Shown in pieces: positions 1 through 9,508 of a DNA stretch of 64,000 bases. The stretch comes from an uncultured Pseudomonadota bacterium (GTDB lineage Bacteria > Pseudomonadota > Alphaproteobacteria > Acetobacterales > Acetobacteraceae). Numbering within the stretch: position 1 is the first letter of the stretch; every line of letters begins with the position of its first letter. Location: NCBI GenBank assembly GCA_963834715.1, contig CAWIDE010000018.1, positions 74,698 to 138,697 of the forward strand, in the 5' to 3' direction. The position numbers were made by a program, and so were the translations under genes. A model generated the notes under the pieces. It saw nothing but the letters and a program-made list of their open reading frames with translations, was not told the DNA's origin and ran no database searches.

Positions 1-1014
1 AAAGGCGCCGGGTTTTTCGGCAAGATACCAGGAGAAATCCTCGCCGGTCATGGCGGGCGGGACATCCCGGCGAACCGTGAGGCCGGCCGTGGTAGCGGCC
101 TGAGCGGAAAGCTCGGCGTCCTCCTTGCGGTTCAAAGTGACGCCCATGGAATGGCGGATCCCAACGTCGATCTCGACGCCGAAGGTCTGAGAGACACCGG
201 CCGCGACCCGGCGCATGGCGGCATCCGTGGCGTCGCGGACCTCGGGCCGGAGGCTGCGCATGGTGCCGCGCATAACGGCTTCGTCGGGGATCTGGTTTGC
301 GGCGGTCCCCGCCTCGACGGTGCAGACGGAAATAACGGCGGCATCCAGCGGGCTGGTCTCGCGCGAGACAATGGATTGCAGGGCAAGCAGCAGGTGGGCG
401 GCGGCGATCATGGGATCGCGCGACAGATGGGGCAGGGCCGCATGTCCGGAACGGCCGTGAATCCGGAACTCCAGCCGGCCGCCCGCGGCCATGACCGGGC
501 CTTCGTGGACGGCGACGGTGCCGGCTTCCAGGCCAGGCCAGTTGTGGTAGCCGAAGATGCGCTCCATCGGGAAACGGGTGAACAGGCCGTCGGCCATCAT
601 GTTGCGGGCGCCGCCGCCACCCTCTTCGGCAGGCTGGAAAACGAAATGGATGGTGCCGGTCCAGGAAGGATCGTCCCTGAGCAGGGCGGCGGCGCCGAGG
701 AGGGAGGTGGTGTGGCCGTCATGGCCGCAGGCGTGCATGACCCCGGGGTTTTTCGATGCGTAGGGCAGGTTGGTGGTCTCAGTGATCGGCAGGGCGTCCA
801 TGTCCGCGCGCAGCCCGATACTGCGGTTGGATTGGCCACGGGAGAGTGTTGCCACTACTCCGTGGTCGCCGACGTTGGATGTGAAGGGTATGCCGAGGTC
901 CTTAAGCTTCTCGCAGACGAAGGCGGCGGTATTGACTTCGTGTAGCGTAAGCTCGGGATGGGCATGGAGATGACGGCGCCACGCCGTAAGAGTTTGGTGT
1001 AGTTTCGGGTCCAT
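1..1014 (-). CDS. M20 family amidohydrolase (hippurate hydrolase / N-acyl-L-amino-acid amidohydrolase-like); C-terminal end runs off the window
   Basis: Own minus-strand translation from the ATG (complement of 1012-1014): MDPKLHQTLTAWRRHLHAHPELTLHEV...GLRADMDALPITE...MHACGHDGHT...FQPAEEGGGGA...GRSGHAALPH. The frame is open to position 1. It is absent from the ORF track because no stop lies in the window. The + ORF 151..945 is its antisense shadow. Confidence 0.85.
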   Translation of the reverse strand, partial: MDPKLHQTLTAWRRHLHAHPELTLHEVNTAAFVCEKLKDLGIPFTSNVGDHGVVATLSRGQSNRSIGLRADMDALPITETTNLPYASKNPGVMHACGHDGHTTSLLGAAALLRDDPSWTGTIHFVFQPAEEGGGGARNMMADGLFTRFPMERIFGYHNWPGLEAGTVAVHEGPVMAAGGRLEFRIHGRSGHAALPHLSRDPMIAAAHLLLALQSIVSRETSPLDAAVISVCTVEAGTAANQIPDEAVMRGTMRSLRPEVRDATDAAMRRVAAGVSQTFGVEIDVGIRHSMGVTLNRKEDAELSAQAATTAGLTVRRDVPPAMTGEDFSWYLAEKPGAF

Positions 1015-1029
1015 TGCTGGCCTTCTTGA

Positions 1030-2043
1030 TCAGGCAGGGTCGGGGCCGATCCGGACGAGCAATTTACCGAAATTTCGCCCGCTAAGCACGCCAGAAAGCG
1101 CATCCGGCGCATTTTGGAGACCATCCACGACGTCCTCGCGATAGCGCAGGCTGCCGTTCTTCACCCAGGGTGTGGCCAGAGCGCGCCATTCAGCGAAGCG
1201 CTCCGGTTTGTCGGATACGATCATGCCCTGGACGAGCACCCGCTTGCCGACGACGAAGCCGAGATTGGGCCCGGGTGGCGGCTCCGCGTCGTTGTACTGG
1301 GAGATCATGCCGCACATGACCACGCGGGCGAACGGGTTGAGCAGCGCGAAGGCGGCGTGCTGCACGCGGCCGCCGACGTTTTCGAAATAGACGTCGATGC
1401 CGTTGGGGCAGCAGGCGGCCAGCTCGGCCTGGAGGTCAACGGCGCGGTGATCCACGCACGCGTCGAAACCGAGTACTTCCTGCACAAACAGGCACTTCTC
1501 GGCGTTCCCTGCGACGCCAACGACGCGAGCGCCCGCGCGTTTGGCGAGCTGGCCGGCAACGGAGCCGACGGCGCCGGAGGCGGCAGAGACGACGACCGTC
1601 TCCCCGGCTTTCGCGTGGCCGATGTCGGTCATACCGGAATACGCGGTGGTGCCCGGCATCCCGAGCACCCCGAGATAAGTCGAGAGTCGCGGGCCGTGGC
1701 GATCCACCTGGGTGAGGCGTTCTCCGGGCGTGATGGCGTACGTCTGCCACCCGCGGGAGCCAACGACGAGATCGCCGAGCGAGAAGCCTGGGTGGTTGGA
1801 GGCGACAACCTCGCCGGCGGTCTCACCGGTCATGACGTCGCCGAGCTGCACGGGCGGCGCGTAGGAGGGCCGGTCCCAGAGGCGTCCGCGCATGTAGGGA
1901 TCGATCGAGAGCCAGATCGTGCGGGTGAGGACTTCGCCGGGGCCGGGTTCGGGAATTGGCTCCTCCCGGAATTCGAAGTCCGCGCGGCGGGGGACGCCGC
2001 TCGGCCGGCGGCGCAGGATGACAGACTGGCGGAACGTGGCCAT
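1030..2043 (-). CDS. NADP-dependent oxidoreductase, medium-chain reductase family (YncB/CurA/enone reductase-like)
   Basis: ORF track, 337 aa. N-terminus ...PGPGEVLTRTIWLSIDPYMRGR and Rossmann motif AASGAVGSVAGQLAK are typical of this family. Confidence 0.85.
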   Translation of the reverse strand: MATFRQSVILRRRPSGVPRRADFEFREEPIPEPGPGEVLTRTIWLSIDPYMRGRLWDRPSYAPPVQLGDVMTGETAGEVVASNHPGFSLGDLVVGSRGWQTYAITPGERLTQVDRHGPRLSTYLGVLGMPGTTAYSGMTDIGHAKAGETVVVSAASGAVGSVAGQLAKRAGARVVGVAGNAEKCLFVQEVLGFDACVDHRAVDLQAELAACCPNGIDVYFENVGGRVQHAAFALLNPFARVVMCGMISQYNDAEPPPGPNLGFVVGKRVLVQGMIVSDKPERFAEWRALATPWVKNGSLRYREDVVDGLQNAPDALSGVLSGRNFGKLLVRIGPDPA

Positions 2044-2044
2044 G

Positions 2045-3106
2045 TCAGGCGGCCTCGGCGCGGAGGACGATCCGACCGGTCACCTTGCCGTCCCGTAGGC
2101 GCATCAGTGCGTCATTGGCCTGGGACTGCGGGACGGTCGCGACGGGGATGGCAGGCAGACTGCCTTCCTCGGCGAGGCGGACGAGGTCTCGAAGATCCTG
2201 CGGGGTACCGACGTAGCTGCCCTGCACCGTCATGGCGCGAATGGCCATTAGCGGTAGAGGGACCGTGAGTTCCCCGCCGAACAGTCCGACCTGGACCAAC
2301 TTGCCGCCCTTGCGGAGCGCGTCGAAGGCAAAGCGGGCAGTCTGGGTGCCGTTGACGAGATCGATAACCGCGAGGACCGGCCCTCCAGCCGCGGCGATGA
2401 CGCGCTGGGTGACGCCATCGCCGCTGCCGTCCACGGCCTGGGAGGCGCCCTCCTTCAGGGCGGCCTGACGCTTCTCCTCGCTGATATCAACGACGATGAT
2501 GTTGCGGTGCTTAAGGGCCCTGAGGACGGCAACCGCGTTCAGGCCGAGGCCGCCGGCTCCGACCACGACGACCGGCTCGTCGGGGGGAAGGGGCATAACC
2601 TTGCGGATGGCGGAATAGACGGTCACGCCGGAACAGGCGTAGGTGGCGGCGATAGCGGGATCGAGGGTGCCCGGATCGACCAGGTGCCGGGGGTGGGGGA
2701 CCACGACGTGCGTGCCATAGCCGCCGTTCTGGTAAACCCCCAGGCTCCTCGGCGTCAGGCACATATTGTCCTGCTCCGAGTTGCAGGCGGTGCAGTCACC
2801 GCAGCCGACCCAGGGATATACGATACGGAGATCGCCCGGTTTGACGCCGGTGGCCTCGGGACCGAGCTTCGCCACCCGGCCGACGATCTCATGGCCCATG
2901 GCCAGCGGGAGAACGACGCCGCGGTCTTTCAGAGACATCCTTTTGCCGCCGCCGAGGTCGTAATAGCCCTCCCAGATGTGCAGGTCGGAGTGGCAGACGC
3001 CGCAGTGGGTGACCTGGACGAGGACTTCCGTGCCCTTGGCCTCGGGGGTGGGGAGTTCGATTTCCTTCAGGGGTTGCCCGTTTTCGACGACGGCCCAGGC
3101 GCGCAT
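2045..3106 (-). CDS. zinc-dependent alcohol dehydrogenase
   Basis: ORF track, 353 aa. Contains GVCHSDLH zinc site, structural Cys cluster GCGDCTACNSEQDNMC and VVVVGAGGLG Rossmann motif. Confidence 0.88.
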   Translation of the reverse strand: MRAWAVVENGQPLKEIELPTPEAKGTEVLVQVTHCGVCHSDLHIWEGYYDLGGGKRMSLKDRGVVLPLAMGHEIVGRVAKLGPEATGVKPGDLRIVYPWVGCGDCTACNSEQDNMCLTPRSLGVYQNGGYGTHVVVPHPRHLVDPGTLDPAIAATYACSGVTVYSAIRKVMPLPPDEPVVVVGAGGLGLNAVAVLRALKHRNIIVVDISEEKRQAALKEGASQAVDGSGDGVTQRVIAAAGGPVLAVIDLVNGTQTARFAFDALRKGGKLVQVGLFGGELTVPLPLMAIRAMTVQGSYVGTPQDLRDLVRLAEEGSLPAIPVATVPQSQANDALMRLRDGKVTGRIVLRAEAA

Positions 3107-3384
3107 TCTGTTCCTCCGTTGGCTTTGGCTTGGCCCTGAGGTTAGCAGCGGTGGGGAGTGTCGTCAGGGGGGCGGCCGGCGTGCATCGGTCAGTCCAGCA
3201 CAACTCTGTTTTGCGCGGGGTCGAGGCGCTGGTTTTCCGACCGGCATGTTCAGCATCATATGCATGACCCAGCTTAGGATCGCGGCGCTTAGCGCTCGCG
3301 GAGCGAGATCGGGCCGGTGGAGGGCGATGCCCGCCGCGCCGCTGAGCGCGTATCGGTTTCGCGTCCAGCTGTCGGGGCCGCTGG

Positions 3385-3825
3385 CTATCGCCGATGACTC
3401 TCGCTCGTGAGGGTGCGCACTCCGTACCATCCCCAATAAACTCGATGATAGCGGATGAGCCCGCTGCTGAGCTCCATTACCTCGGCAAAGTCCATTTGAT
3501 CGCCATCCGGCGTTTGCCGCGGGTATTCCCACATCATCGTGCGCCCGTCGGTGAATACATCGTGACGGAAAGTCCGCCGCTCGGCGGGCTGATTTGCCCA
3601 CACACGCGGGAGGAAGCGGCGAATTTCCTCGCGTCCGTGCAGCACGCCACGATCGATGCGCAGCAAGTAGCGGATGAGCGGACTCTCAAGCGTCGCGTCT
3701 TCTGCATAAAGGGCCACTGCGGCATCGGTATCGCGCGCCTCTAACGCTGCATTCCAAGCGTGATGAACACGCTCGGCGGCCTCGAGCAGCGGGCGATCGG
3801 TGGTGGGCTGGCGAAAAGACACCAT
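3385..3825 (-). CDS. SnoaL-like / NTF2-fold protein
   Basis: Internal start MVSFRQPTTDRPLLEAAERVHHAWNAALEARDTDAAVALYAEDATLESP... within ORF 3385..4179. AAGGAG lies upstream (complement of ~3832-3838). The longer 5' extension has no coding look. Confidence 0.6.
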   Translation of the reverse strand: MVSFRQPTTDRPLLEAAERVHHAWNAALEARDTDAAVALYAEDATLESPLIRYLLRIDRGVLHGREEIRRFLPRVWANQPAERRTFRHDVFTDGRTMMWEYPRQTPDGDQMDFAEVMELSSGLIRYHRVYWGWYGVRTLTSESHRR

Positions 3826-4005
3826 TCGGCAATCTCCTTGCTGGGCGGGTGGTTCACCCGTCAAAGGACAGATAACCCTTCCCTCCTGACAGCGTTGTGT
3901 CAGCAGTCGAGGCGCTGTCGGCTTAATCGTCAGGCGCCTCTTTGGCGGGATCAGAGTTCCTTCCGTAGCTTGAATGCTATGCGCGGAGAGGGCAGATTCG
4001 GCCCC

Positions 4006-4299
4006 ATGAGTTGGGCCCTTAAGCTGCCACCCCACCGTATGACGGTATCGGAGTTCCTGGAATGGGATTCCGGTGACACCTCGGGTGCAATATGGCAACT
4101 CCGGGATGGCGAGCCGGGGATGATGGCCCAGGCTTCTGACGCCCACGGTGCGATCCAGGCTGAGGTGCTGCGGCGCCAAGCTGACGGAACGTGGCCCGAA
4201 CAGCCGGAGATTATCGGCGCGGAAGACGAGATCCGAGCCAAGAGCATTGGGTTCGCCGTGCCGCTGCAGCAGATTTATAGGTTTTCAGGGCCGGTCTAG
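4006..4299 (+). pseudogene. Uma2-family (DUF820) endonuclease remnant with internal deletion
   Basis: N-terminal Uma2-like MTVSEFLEW...WQLRDGEPGMMAQASDAHGAIQAEV is joined directly to a C-terminal-like ...RRQADGTWPEQPEIIGAEDEIRAKSIGFAVPLQQIY. The catalytic core between them is missing (97 aa versus ~190 expected). Confidence 0.45.
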
Positions 4300-4488
4300 G
4301 ATCGGCGCGTGAAGCTGTGCTTCCGCGCCTGGTCAAGCTGTGTTCAGCTCGCTGGCGAGCCTACCAGAGGTCGCGCCAGAACCGAATTCTAAGCGGATGA
4401 TCTGCGGCGGCTCCAGCCGACTTTTCCAGGCTTAATTGACGAGATGATGCCGGGGCCTCAGTCTCGGCCAAACGGGAGGGAAACGGAA

Positions 4489-5574
4489 ATGACCAGAAAG
4501 ATCAGCCGCCGGCGGGCCGTACTTACAGCGGGGAGCGCAAGCGGGCTGATTGCTGCGCCTGCGATCCTGCGTGCCGCGCCGGCACGGAAGTTCCGGATCG
4601 CTCTCTCCAATTCGTATATCGGCAACAAGTGGCGTATCGAGATGGAGAACGTCTTCCGGGCCGCCTTGCAGATGGAGCCGTATAGATCCCAAGTTGAGGG
4701 TAGCTGGTTCAACTCCGGCAATGACGTGAGTGCACAAACGCAGCATTTTACGGACCTCATCTCGCGCCGGACGGACGCGATTATCACTGATGCCGCCTCG
4801 CCGACCGGGCTCAACGGCATCATCGCTCAGGCGACCCGGCGAGGAATCCTTGTGATTTCGTTCGATAACATCGTGACCTCGACCGCGGCGGTGAATATCG
4901 AAACCAACGACCTTGCATTCGGCCGGCAGGGTGCAACGTGGCTGACAGAAAAACTTGGTGGACGAGGCAATGTTGTGATGGTCACCGGGGTACCGGGAGC
5001 ACCCGTGGATAACGACAATGTACGCGGTGCGAATGAGATCTTCAGCCAGCATCGAGAGATCAAAATTGTAAATCGCTATAGCGGCATGTGGGACTCTTCG
5101 ACCGCCCAGCGCAATACAGCCGCCGTGCTCCCCAGCCTGCCGAAGATAGATGGGATCTGGTGCAACGGCGGCACAGACGGAGTGCTGAAGGCGTTCGTTG
5201 CGGCCGGGCGGATACCGCTGCCGCCAACAGCCGGCGAGGCCGAGAACGGCTTCCGCAAGTTTATGGTCGGATACATGGATCAGAAGGTGGACGGCATCTC
5301 AATCGGTCATCCGCCCTATCTCTCGGTTGTTGCACTGGAGCTGGCACGGCAGATTCTCTCGGGACAGCGCCCGCGCAAAGGCATTCCGCTGCCGTTTCCT
5401 TTCGTTACGACTGAGACGGTCAAGGTGGGTGAAACTGTGTTCCCGGACTTGCCCGACAGCTTCTACCCCGACTTCACCGATAGCGGTCCCAATGCGGTGG
5501 TGAAGTTATGCGTGGAGGCAGCGTTAGGGGGAAAGCCGTGCGGCGAACGGCTGGAGGTGAACCTGCCTGCGTAA
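4489..5574 (+). CDS. ABC transporter sugar-type periplasmic substrate-binding protein; orphan, no adjacent permease or ATPase
   Basis: MTRKISRRRAVLTAGSASGLIAAPAILRA is a Tat-like signal. GGGAGG SD lies 8 nt upstream. The rest looks like a type I periplasmic binding protein (...AIITDAASPTGLNGIIAQATRRGILVISFDN). Confidence 0.75.
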   Translation: MTRKISRRRAVLTAGSASGLIAAPAILRAAPARKFRIALSNSYIGNKWRIEMENVFRAALQMEPYRSQVEGSWFNSGNDVSAQTQHFTDLISRRTDAIITDAASPTGLNGIIAQATRRGILVISFDNIVTSTAAVNIETNDLAFGRQGATWLTEKLGGRGNVVMVTGVPGAPVDNDNVRGANEIFSQHREIKIVNRYSGMWDSSTAQRNTAAVLPSLPKIDGIWCNGGTDGVLKAFVAAGRIPLPPTAGEAENGFRKFMVGYMDQKVDGISIGHPPYLSVVALELARQILSGQRPRKGIPLPFPFVTTETVKVGETVFPDLPDSFYPDFTDSGPNAVVKLCVEAALGGKPCGERLEVNLPA

Positions 5575-5600
5575 GGCGCGACAGGCGGGGCCAAGCTACT

Positions 5601-6390
5601 TTAGCTGGCCGGTTGCCGCTGCAGAATGTTAGCCGTCGCGGCATCCGCCGGGTAGAAACACTCCAGCGCCAGCTCGGAGAGGGTTACGTCGAGCGGCGTG
5701 CCGAACACGGTGACGGTGCTGAACAGTGAGAGGGTGCCGGACTCGGAGGTCAGCTCGAGTGGGACGACCATTGGGTTGGTGCGGCGCAGCCGCGGCGGAG
5801 TGCGTGGAGCGGGGTAGGCTTTCAGTTCCTCCAGCAAGGAGGCAAGGACCGGATCGCCGCTCACCTCGATCTGCTGACGCAGGCGGTCGAGCAGGTGGGC
5901 ACGCCATTCGGCGAGATTGCGGATGCGTGGAGTGAGGCCTGCGGGGTGGAGCGCGAGCCGCATGACGTTGACGGGCGGGCGGAGCAGGGCGGGATCGACG
6001 TCGGAGAGCAGGACAGGAACGGCGCTGTTGGCGGAGATCAGGGTCCAGTGTCGGTCCACGGCAATTGCGGGATAGGGGGCCGTGGCCGTTGAGCACGAGA
6101 TCGACAGCCTGACGAGCCGCCGAAAGGGAGGGGTCATCCAAGGGACGTTCGGCGAAGGCCGGGGCGAAACCGGCAGCGGTTAGCAGGACGTTGCGATCCC
6201 GGAGCGGGACGGCAAGGTGTTCGGCGAGATGGAGGACCATCTCTCGGCTCGGTTTAGCGCGCCCGGTTTCAAGGAAGCTGAGGTGACGGGCGGGGATGTT
6301 GCCGTCCAACGCGAGGTCGAGCTGGCTGACGCGGCGGCGCTGGCGCCATTCACGGAGTAACGGGCCGAAACTAGCAGCGGCGGCGGACAT
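5601..6390 (-). pseudogene. MmyB-like XRE-family transcriptional regulator, frameshifted
   Basis: N-terminal HTH (LREWRQRRRVSQLDLALDGNIPARHLSFLETGRAKPS) is in ORF 5629..6390. The MmyB-like C-domain (YPAIAVDRHWTLISAN...) is in ORF 5601..6137. The frames join at the G5 run 6075-6079; removing one base gives ...LNGHGPYPAIAVDRHW. Confidence 0.75.
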
Positions 6391-6522
6391 TGGACGGAGG
6401 GTAACGTGGGACGGAGGGCTTCTCCATTACCTCCGAGGTAATCGACGGGGTGCGGCGGGGATGATTGGGTCGCGGCGTGAGACCAGCCGCGGGCTGGCCC
6501 GCGAGAGAGGAGAGAACCTATC

Positions 6523-6894
6523 ATGACGAGCATCAATGAAGTTGTGGCCGGATACATTGCGGCATGGAACGAGACCGATCGGAGGCAGCGACGGGAGGTG
6601 ATCGCGCGGACCTGGACGGAAGACGGCAGCTACCTGGACGCGCACCGGGATAGCAGCGGCCATGCAGCTATCGACGAGATGATCGCGACGGTGCAGTCGG
6701 TGTTTCCGGGGTATCGCTTCCGGCTTTCTAGCGGGATCGAGGCGCATCACGGGCGTGTGCGGTTCAGTTGGATCGCGGGCGGGACGGAGCAGGCTCCGCT
6801 GTTCTTCGGGGGAACTGACTTCGCGACGCTGGCTCCGGATGGGCGGATGCAGTCGGTCACCGGGTTCGTGGATGCGATGCCGGTGGTGGGCTGA
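6523..6894 (+). CDS. NTF2-like (SnoaL-like) protein
   Basis: ORF track, 123 aa: MTSINEVVAGYIAAWNETDRRQRREVIARTWTEDGSYLD. GAGAGGAGAG SD upstream. Divergent from the MmyB-type regulator, a common pairing. Confidence 0.6.
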   Translation: MTSINEVVAGYIAAWNETDRRQRREVIARTWTEDGSYLDAHRDSSGHAAIDEMIATVQSVFPGYRFRLSSGIEAHHGRVRFSWIAGGTEQAPLFFGGTDFATLAPDGRMQSVTGFVDAMPVVG

Positions 6895-6946
6895 CCCTCA
6901 CCCGGCGCCCACTGGGTGCCGACCTCTCCCGCATTGCGGGAGAGGT
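6895..6946 (-). repeat. REP-like palindromic element, copy 1 (inverted orientation)
   Basis: ACCTCTCCCGC-att-GCGGGAGAGGT forms an 11-bp stem. The flanking tail, read on the reverse complement, is GTCGGCACCCAGTGGGCGCCGGGTGAGGG and matches the other copies. Confidence 0.7.
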
Positions 6947-6966
6947 TTTCCGGGGGCGGGGAGGCC

Positions 6967-7785
6967 CTAGTGTCGCATCAGCACCGGAAGATCGGCATAG
7001 TTGAGCATGTATTGCGTGACGCCACCCAGGATCAGGCCGCGTAGAGGGCTGTGGATGTAAGCCCCCATGACCAGCAGGTCGGCCCCGAGTTCGCGGCTCT
7101 TCTGCAGCAGGGTGTGGCCAAAGGGAGCGGGACCGATCGGAAGGACATGCAGGCGCGCGGCGATACCATGCTCCTGCAGGATCGCAGGCATATGGGGCTG
7201 TGCCGTCGCCTCTCGCACCCCTACCAGCACATGCACCTGCTCCGCGCTCGCCAACCAGCGCAGAACCGGGATGACTGCTCTGACGGTCCGCTTTTCGTCG
7301 CGCCAGGCGATTGCGACACGAGCCCCGAAGCCGGTGCGTGCATTGGGCGGAATCATCAGAACGGGGCGAGCCGTGCCGAACAAGGCGGCGCGGAACGCCT
7401 GACGCGCTACCGTGTCGTCCTCGGCCGGCTGTGCTTCTACGATGACGTTGGCCCGGGAGCCTCGCTCTGCAACGATGGTCGCGGAGCCTCCGTCCGCTTC
7501 GAACCAGTTGGCTCCGGTCGCGGACTCGCGGGCATTCCCGGCCCAGTCCTCGAAGATGGCCCTGAGCGTCTCAACCCGTCGCCGTTCCTGCGCCTCCGCT
7601 TTCATGAGGGCGCCTGGCGTGTCTATCAGTGCTCCGTCCACTACCGGGCGCATCTCGATCGCCTCACGGACTGCCAGGGCGTGGACGCGCGCGTGCCCCA
7701 TCATCTCCGCAAGACGCCCGGCCGCACGCAGGAGGTCAGGCGCGAATTCCGGGTGGCGCAAGAGAACCAGGATCACTTCCGACAT
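6967..7785 (-). CDS. universal stress protein (tandem-domain UspA family)
   Basis: ORF track, 272 aa. C-terminus ...ADLLVMGAYIHSPLRGLILGGVTQYMLNYADLPVLMRH. Confidence 0.8.
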   Translation of the reverse strand: MSEVILVLLRHPEFAPDLLRAAGRLAEMMGHARVHALAVREAIEMRPVVDGALIDTPGALMKAEAQERRRVETLRAIFEDWAGNARESATGANWFEADGGSATIVAERGSRANVIVEAQPAEDDTVARQAFRAALFGTARPVLMIPPNARTGFGARVAIAWRDEKRTVRAVIPVLRWLASAEQVHVLVGVREATAQPHMPAILQEHGIAARLHVLPIGPAPFGHTLLQKSRELGADLLVMGAYIHSPLRGLILGGVTQYMLNYADLPVLMRH

Positions 7786-7799
7786 GGGCCCCCCTCAGG

Positions 7800-8630
7800 C
7801 TAGTGGCGCATGAATACCGGCAGGTCGGCGTGCGTCAGCATATACCGTGTCACGCCGCCCAGCAGCAGCCGTCGAGCGGGGCTATGCACAAAGGCGCCCA
7901 CTACCAACATGTCGGCGCCGAGCTCATGCGCCTTGGCCAGCAGGACCTCGCCGAACGCCCGCTGCCCAGTGATGGGAAGCACGTGCAAACCCGCCTCGAC
8001 CCCATGCTCGGCGAGCATATCAGGGACGCGCGGAGGCGACGCTCCCTCCCGCGCGCCTGCAAGGACGTGGATGCGCTCGGCGCGCCCGAGCCAGCGCAGC
8101 GCGGCCAGAACGGACCGGATTGTGCGGCTGTCATCCCGCCAGGCGATGGCTACCGAGCGCCCGAACATTCGAGGCGAGACCTCAGGAGGGATAACGAGGA
8201 CCGGACGATCGGTGTCGAACAGCGCCGCGTGGATCGCTTGCCTGTCGGGCTCGGGGTCGCGGTGCCAGGGCCGTTTGAGCACGATGAAATCGGCGCGCCG
8301 GCCCCATTCCTCCACTGCTTCGTCGGCTGGGGCCTCCATATCGAACCATTCGGGTCCCAGGCCAACGTGCCGGGCGGCTGGGGCCCAGGCGTCATATGCC
8401 TGCCGCAGCACAGCCGTTCGGGCGTTTTCGGCAGCGCGCACGCGATTCTCCCGCTCGGGCGTCAGAACCTCCTCGGTCGGCATGATGGTGGCGATAGGCG
8501 GGACGCGGGTTGTGAGGACATTGACGCGGTTCGCTCCGGCGAGCTCCGCCAACTGCTGCGCCCCCGCCAAAACGGGCATCGCCGCCCCGGGAGACTCGAC
8601 CACAACTAGGATCACACCCGGCATGGCCAC
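7800..8630 (-). CDS. universal stress protein (tandem-domain UspA family), paralog of the neighbouring gene
   Basis: ORF track, 276 aa. C-terminus ...ADMLVVGAFVHSPARRLLLGGVTRYMLTHADLPVFMRH. Clearly paralogous to 6967..7785. Confidence 0.8.
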   Translation of the reverse strand: MAMPGVILVVVESPGAAMPVLAGAQQLAELAGANRVNVLTTRVPPIATIMPTEEVLTPERENRVRAAENARTAVLRQAYDAWAPAARHVGLGPEWFDMEAPADEAVEEWGRRADFIVLKRPWHRDPEPDRQAIHAALFDTDRPVLVIPPEVSPRMFGRSVAIAWRDDSRTIRSVLAALRWLGRAERIHVLAGAREGASPPRVPDMLAEHGVEAGLHVLPITGQRAFGEVLLAKAHELGADMLVVGAFVHSPARRLLLGGVTRYMLTHADLPVFMRH

Positions 8631-8684
8631 TTATTCTGTTCCGGCCCTGAAGGTCGTGTTCATGCTGAGCATAGGCCTTGCTTG

Positions 8685-9092
8685 TCACCCGATGCCAGTG
8701 CCGGGTCTTAGAAGGGCTGCGCAATAGTAACCGGCAGCAACCGAGGCTAGGCAAAGACTAAACGACAGGGCCGCATTGCCCAGCGCTTGTCCGGTCTGCC
8801 CGTCCTGGAACAGTTCCAGTGTCTGCAAACTGAAAGAGGAGAAGGTTGTGAAGCCGCCGCAGAGGCCGACCATGACGAACGCACGAGCTTCTGCCGGGAC
8901 GAACCAGCCATTAGGGCTCGAGGTGAGCTTGCCGAAAAAGCCGATGATGAACGAGCCGAGCACGTTGATCAGGATGGTGCCCCAGGGGAATTGCGGGCCC
9001 GTGAGGCGAGCCACAGCCAGGGTTAGCCACGCCCGGGCGACGGAGCCGATGGCGCCGCCCAGGGCGATCCAGAGATAGGTTATGGCGCTCAC
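8685..9092 (-). CDS. crcB: fluoride efflux channel CrcB/FluC
   Basis: ORF track, 135 aa: ...GGAIGSVARAW...GTILINVLGSFIIGF...GLCGGFTTFSSFSLQT. GTG start with GGAGG 8 nt upstream. A fluoride riboswitch lies in the leader. Confidence 0.9.
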   Translation of the reverse strand: MSAITYLWIALGGAIGSVARAWLTLAVARLTGPQFPWGTILINVLGSFIIGFFGKLTSSPNGWFVPAEARAFVMVGLCGGFTTFSSFSLQTLELFQDGQTGQALGNAALSFSLCLASVAAGYYCAALLRPGTGIG

Positions 9093-9205
9093 CGGCCAGC
9101 CTCCGCTGGCAGCAGCTTTATGTTTGCTAAGGGCATTCGCTCACCTCCGTCGCACACGTGGGTGCGCGTGAGGCAGGCAGGACGCATTCCTACCGCCATC
9201 TCGCG

Positions 9206-9255
9206 CGGTAGGAGCCATCAGCCCTCGCGGGCAGTTTGGGGGAGCCCCATCCCCG
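9206..9255 (-). promoter_or_regulatory. fluoride riboswitch (crcB RNA motif)
   Basis: Minus-strand RNA GGGGAUGGGGCUCCCCCAAACUGCCCGCGAGGGCUGAUGGCUCCUACCG. It matches, nearly position for position, the fluoride aptamer as I recall it (GAUG.GGC.C.CCCAAACUGCCC...GGGCUGAUGGC.UCUAC). It lies about 115 nt upstream of crcB. Confidence 0.85.
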
Positions 9256-9508
9256 TCAGGGCCTGAACTTGGCGGTGCCTGTAGCTGGTCGCGGGGGACC
9301 TCATCCCCAAGCCCGGATTGTACCTGCCACAACCTGGAAGGGTCAACGGCGCGATGTCGCGCCTGGCTCGCACCTGCGAGACCGACCGCCTGACCGAACA
9401 CTATATTGCGAGCAGGTTGGGCCGGGCGCTTTTTGCACCACAGCAAGCGGTCCAGAGCAGAGGCGAACGGCCTGGGGGGCGGCAGAGGGACAGCCGCCTT
9501 AGCCAGCG

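Noticed and set aside
151-945. 264-aa + strand ORF
   Set aside because: It is an antisense shadow of the minus-strand M20 amidohydrolase gene. Its composition is Gly/Asp/Ala/Arg-rich with no motifs, while the opposite strand gives a textbook M20 sequence.
1114-2268. 384-aa + strand ORF. Similar long ORFs were also considered: 11994..13253(+), 32029..33024(-), 35221..36432(-), 57011..57937(-), 58027..59019(+), 63147..63890(-) and 20830..21399(-).
   Set aside because: These are typical high-GC shadow ORFs lying opposite or out of frame to well-supported genes. Their translations are Arg/Pro/Gly/Ala-rich and low in complexity, with no recognisable domains.
4473-4491. Near-identical translation-initiation context GGGAG(G/C)GAAACGGAAATG shared by the two solute-binding protein genes (also at 17203..17221, with a similar GGGAGCGAAATATG at 36667)
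   Set aside because: It is most simply a common SD-plus-spacer context of this genome. The similarity does not extend further upstream.
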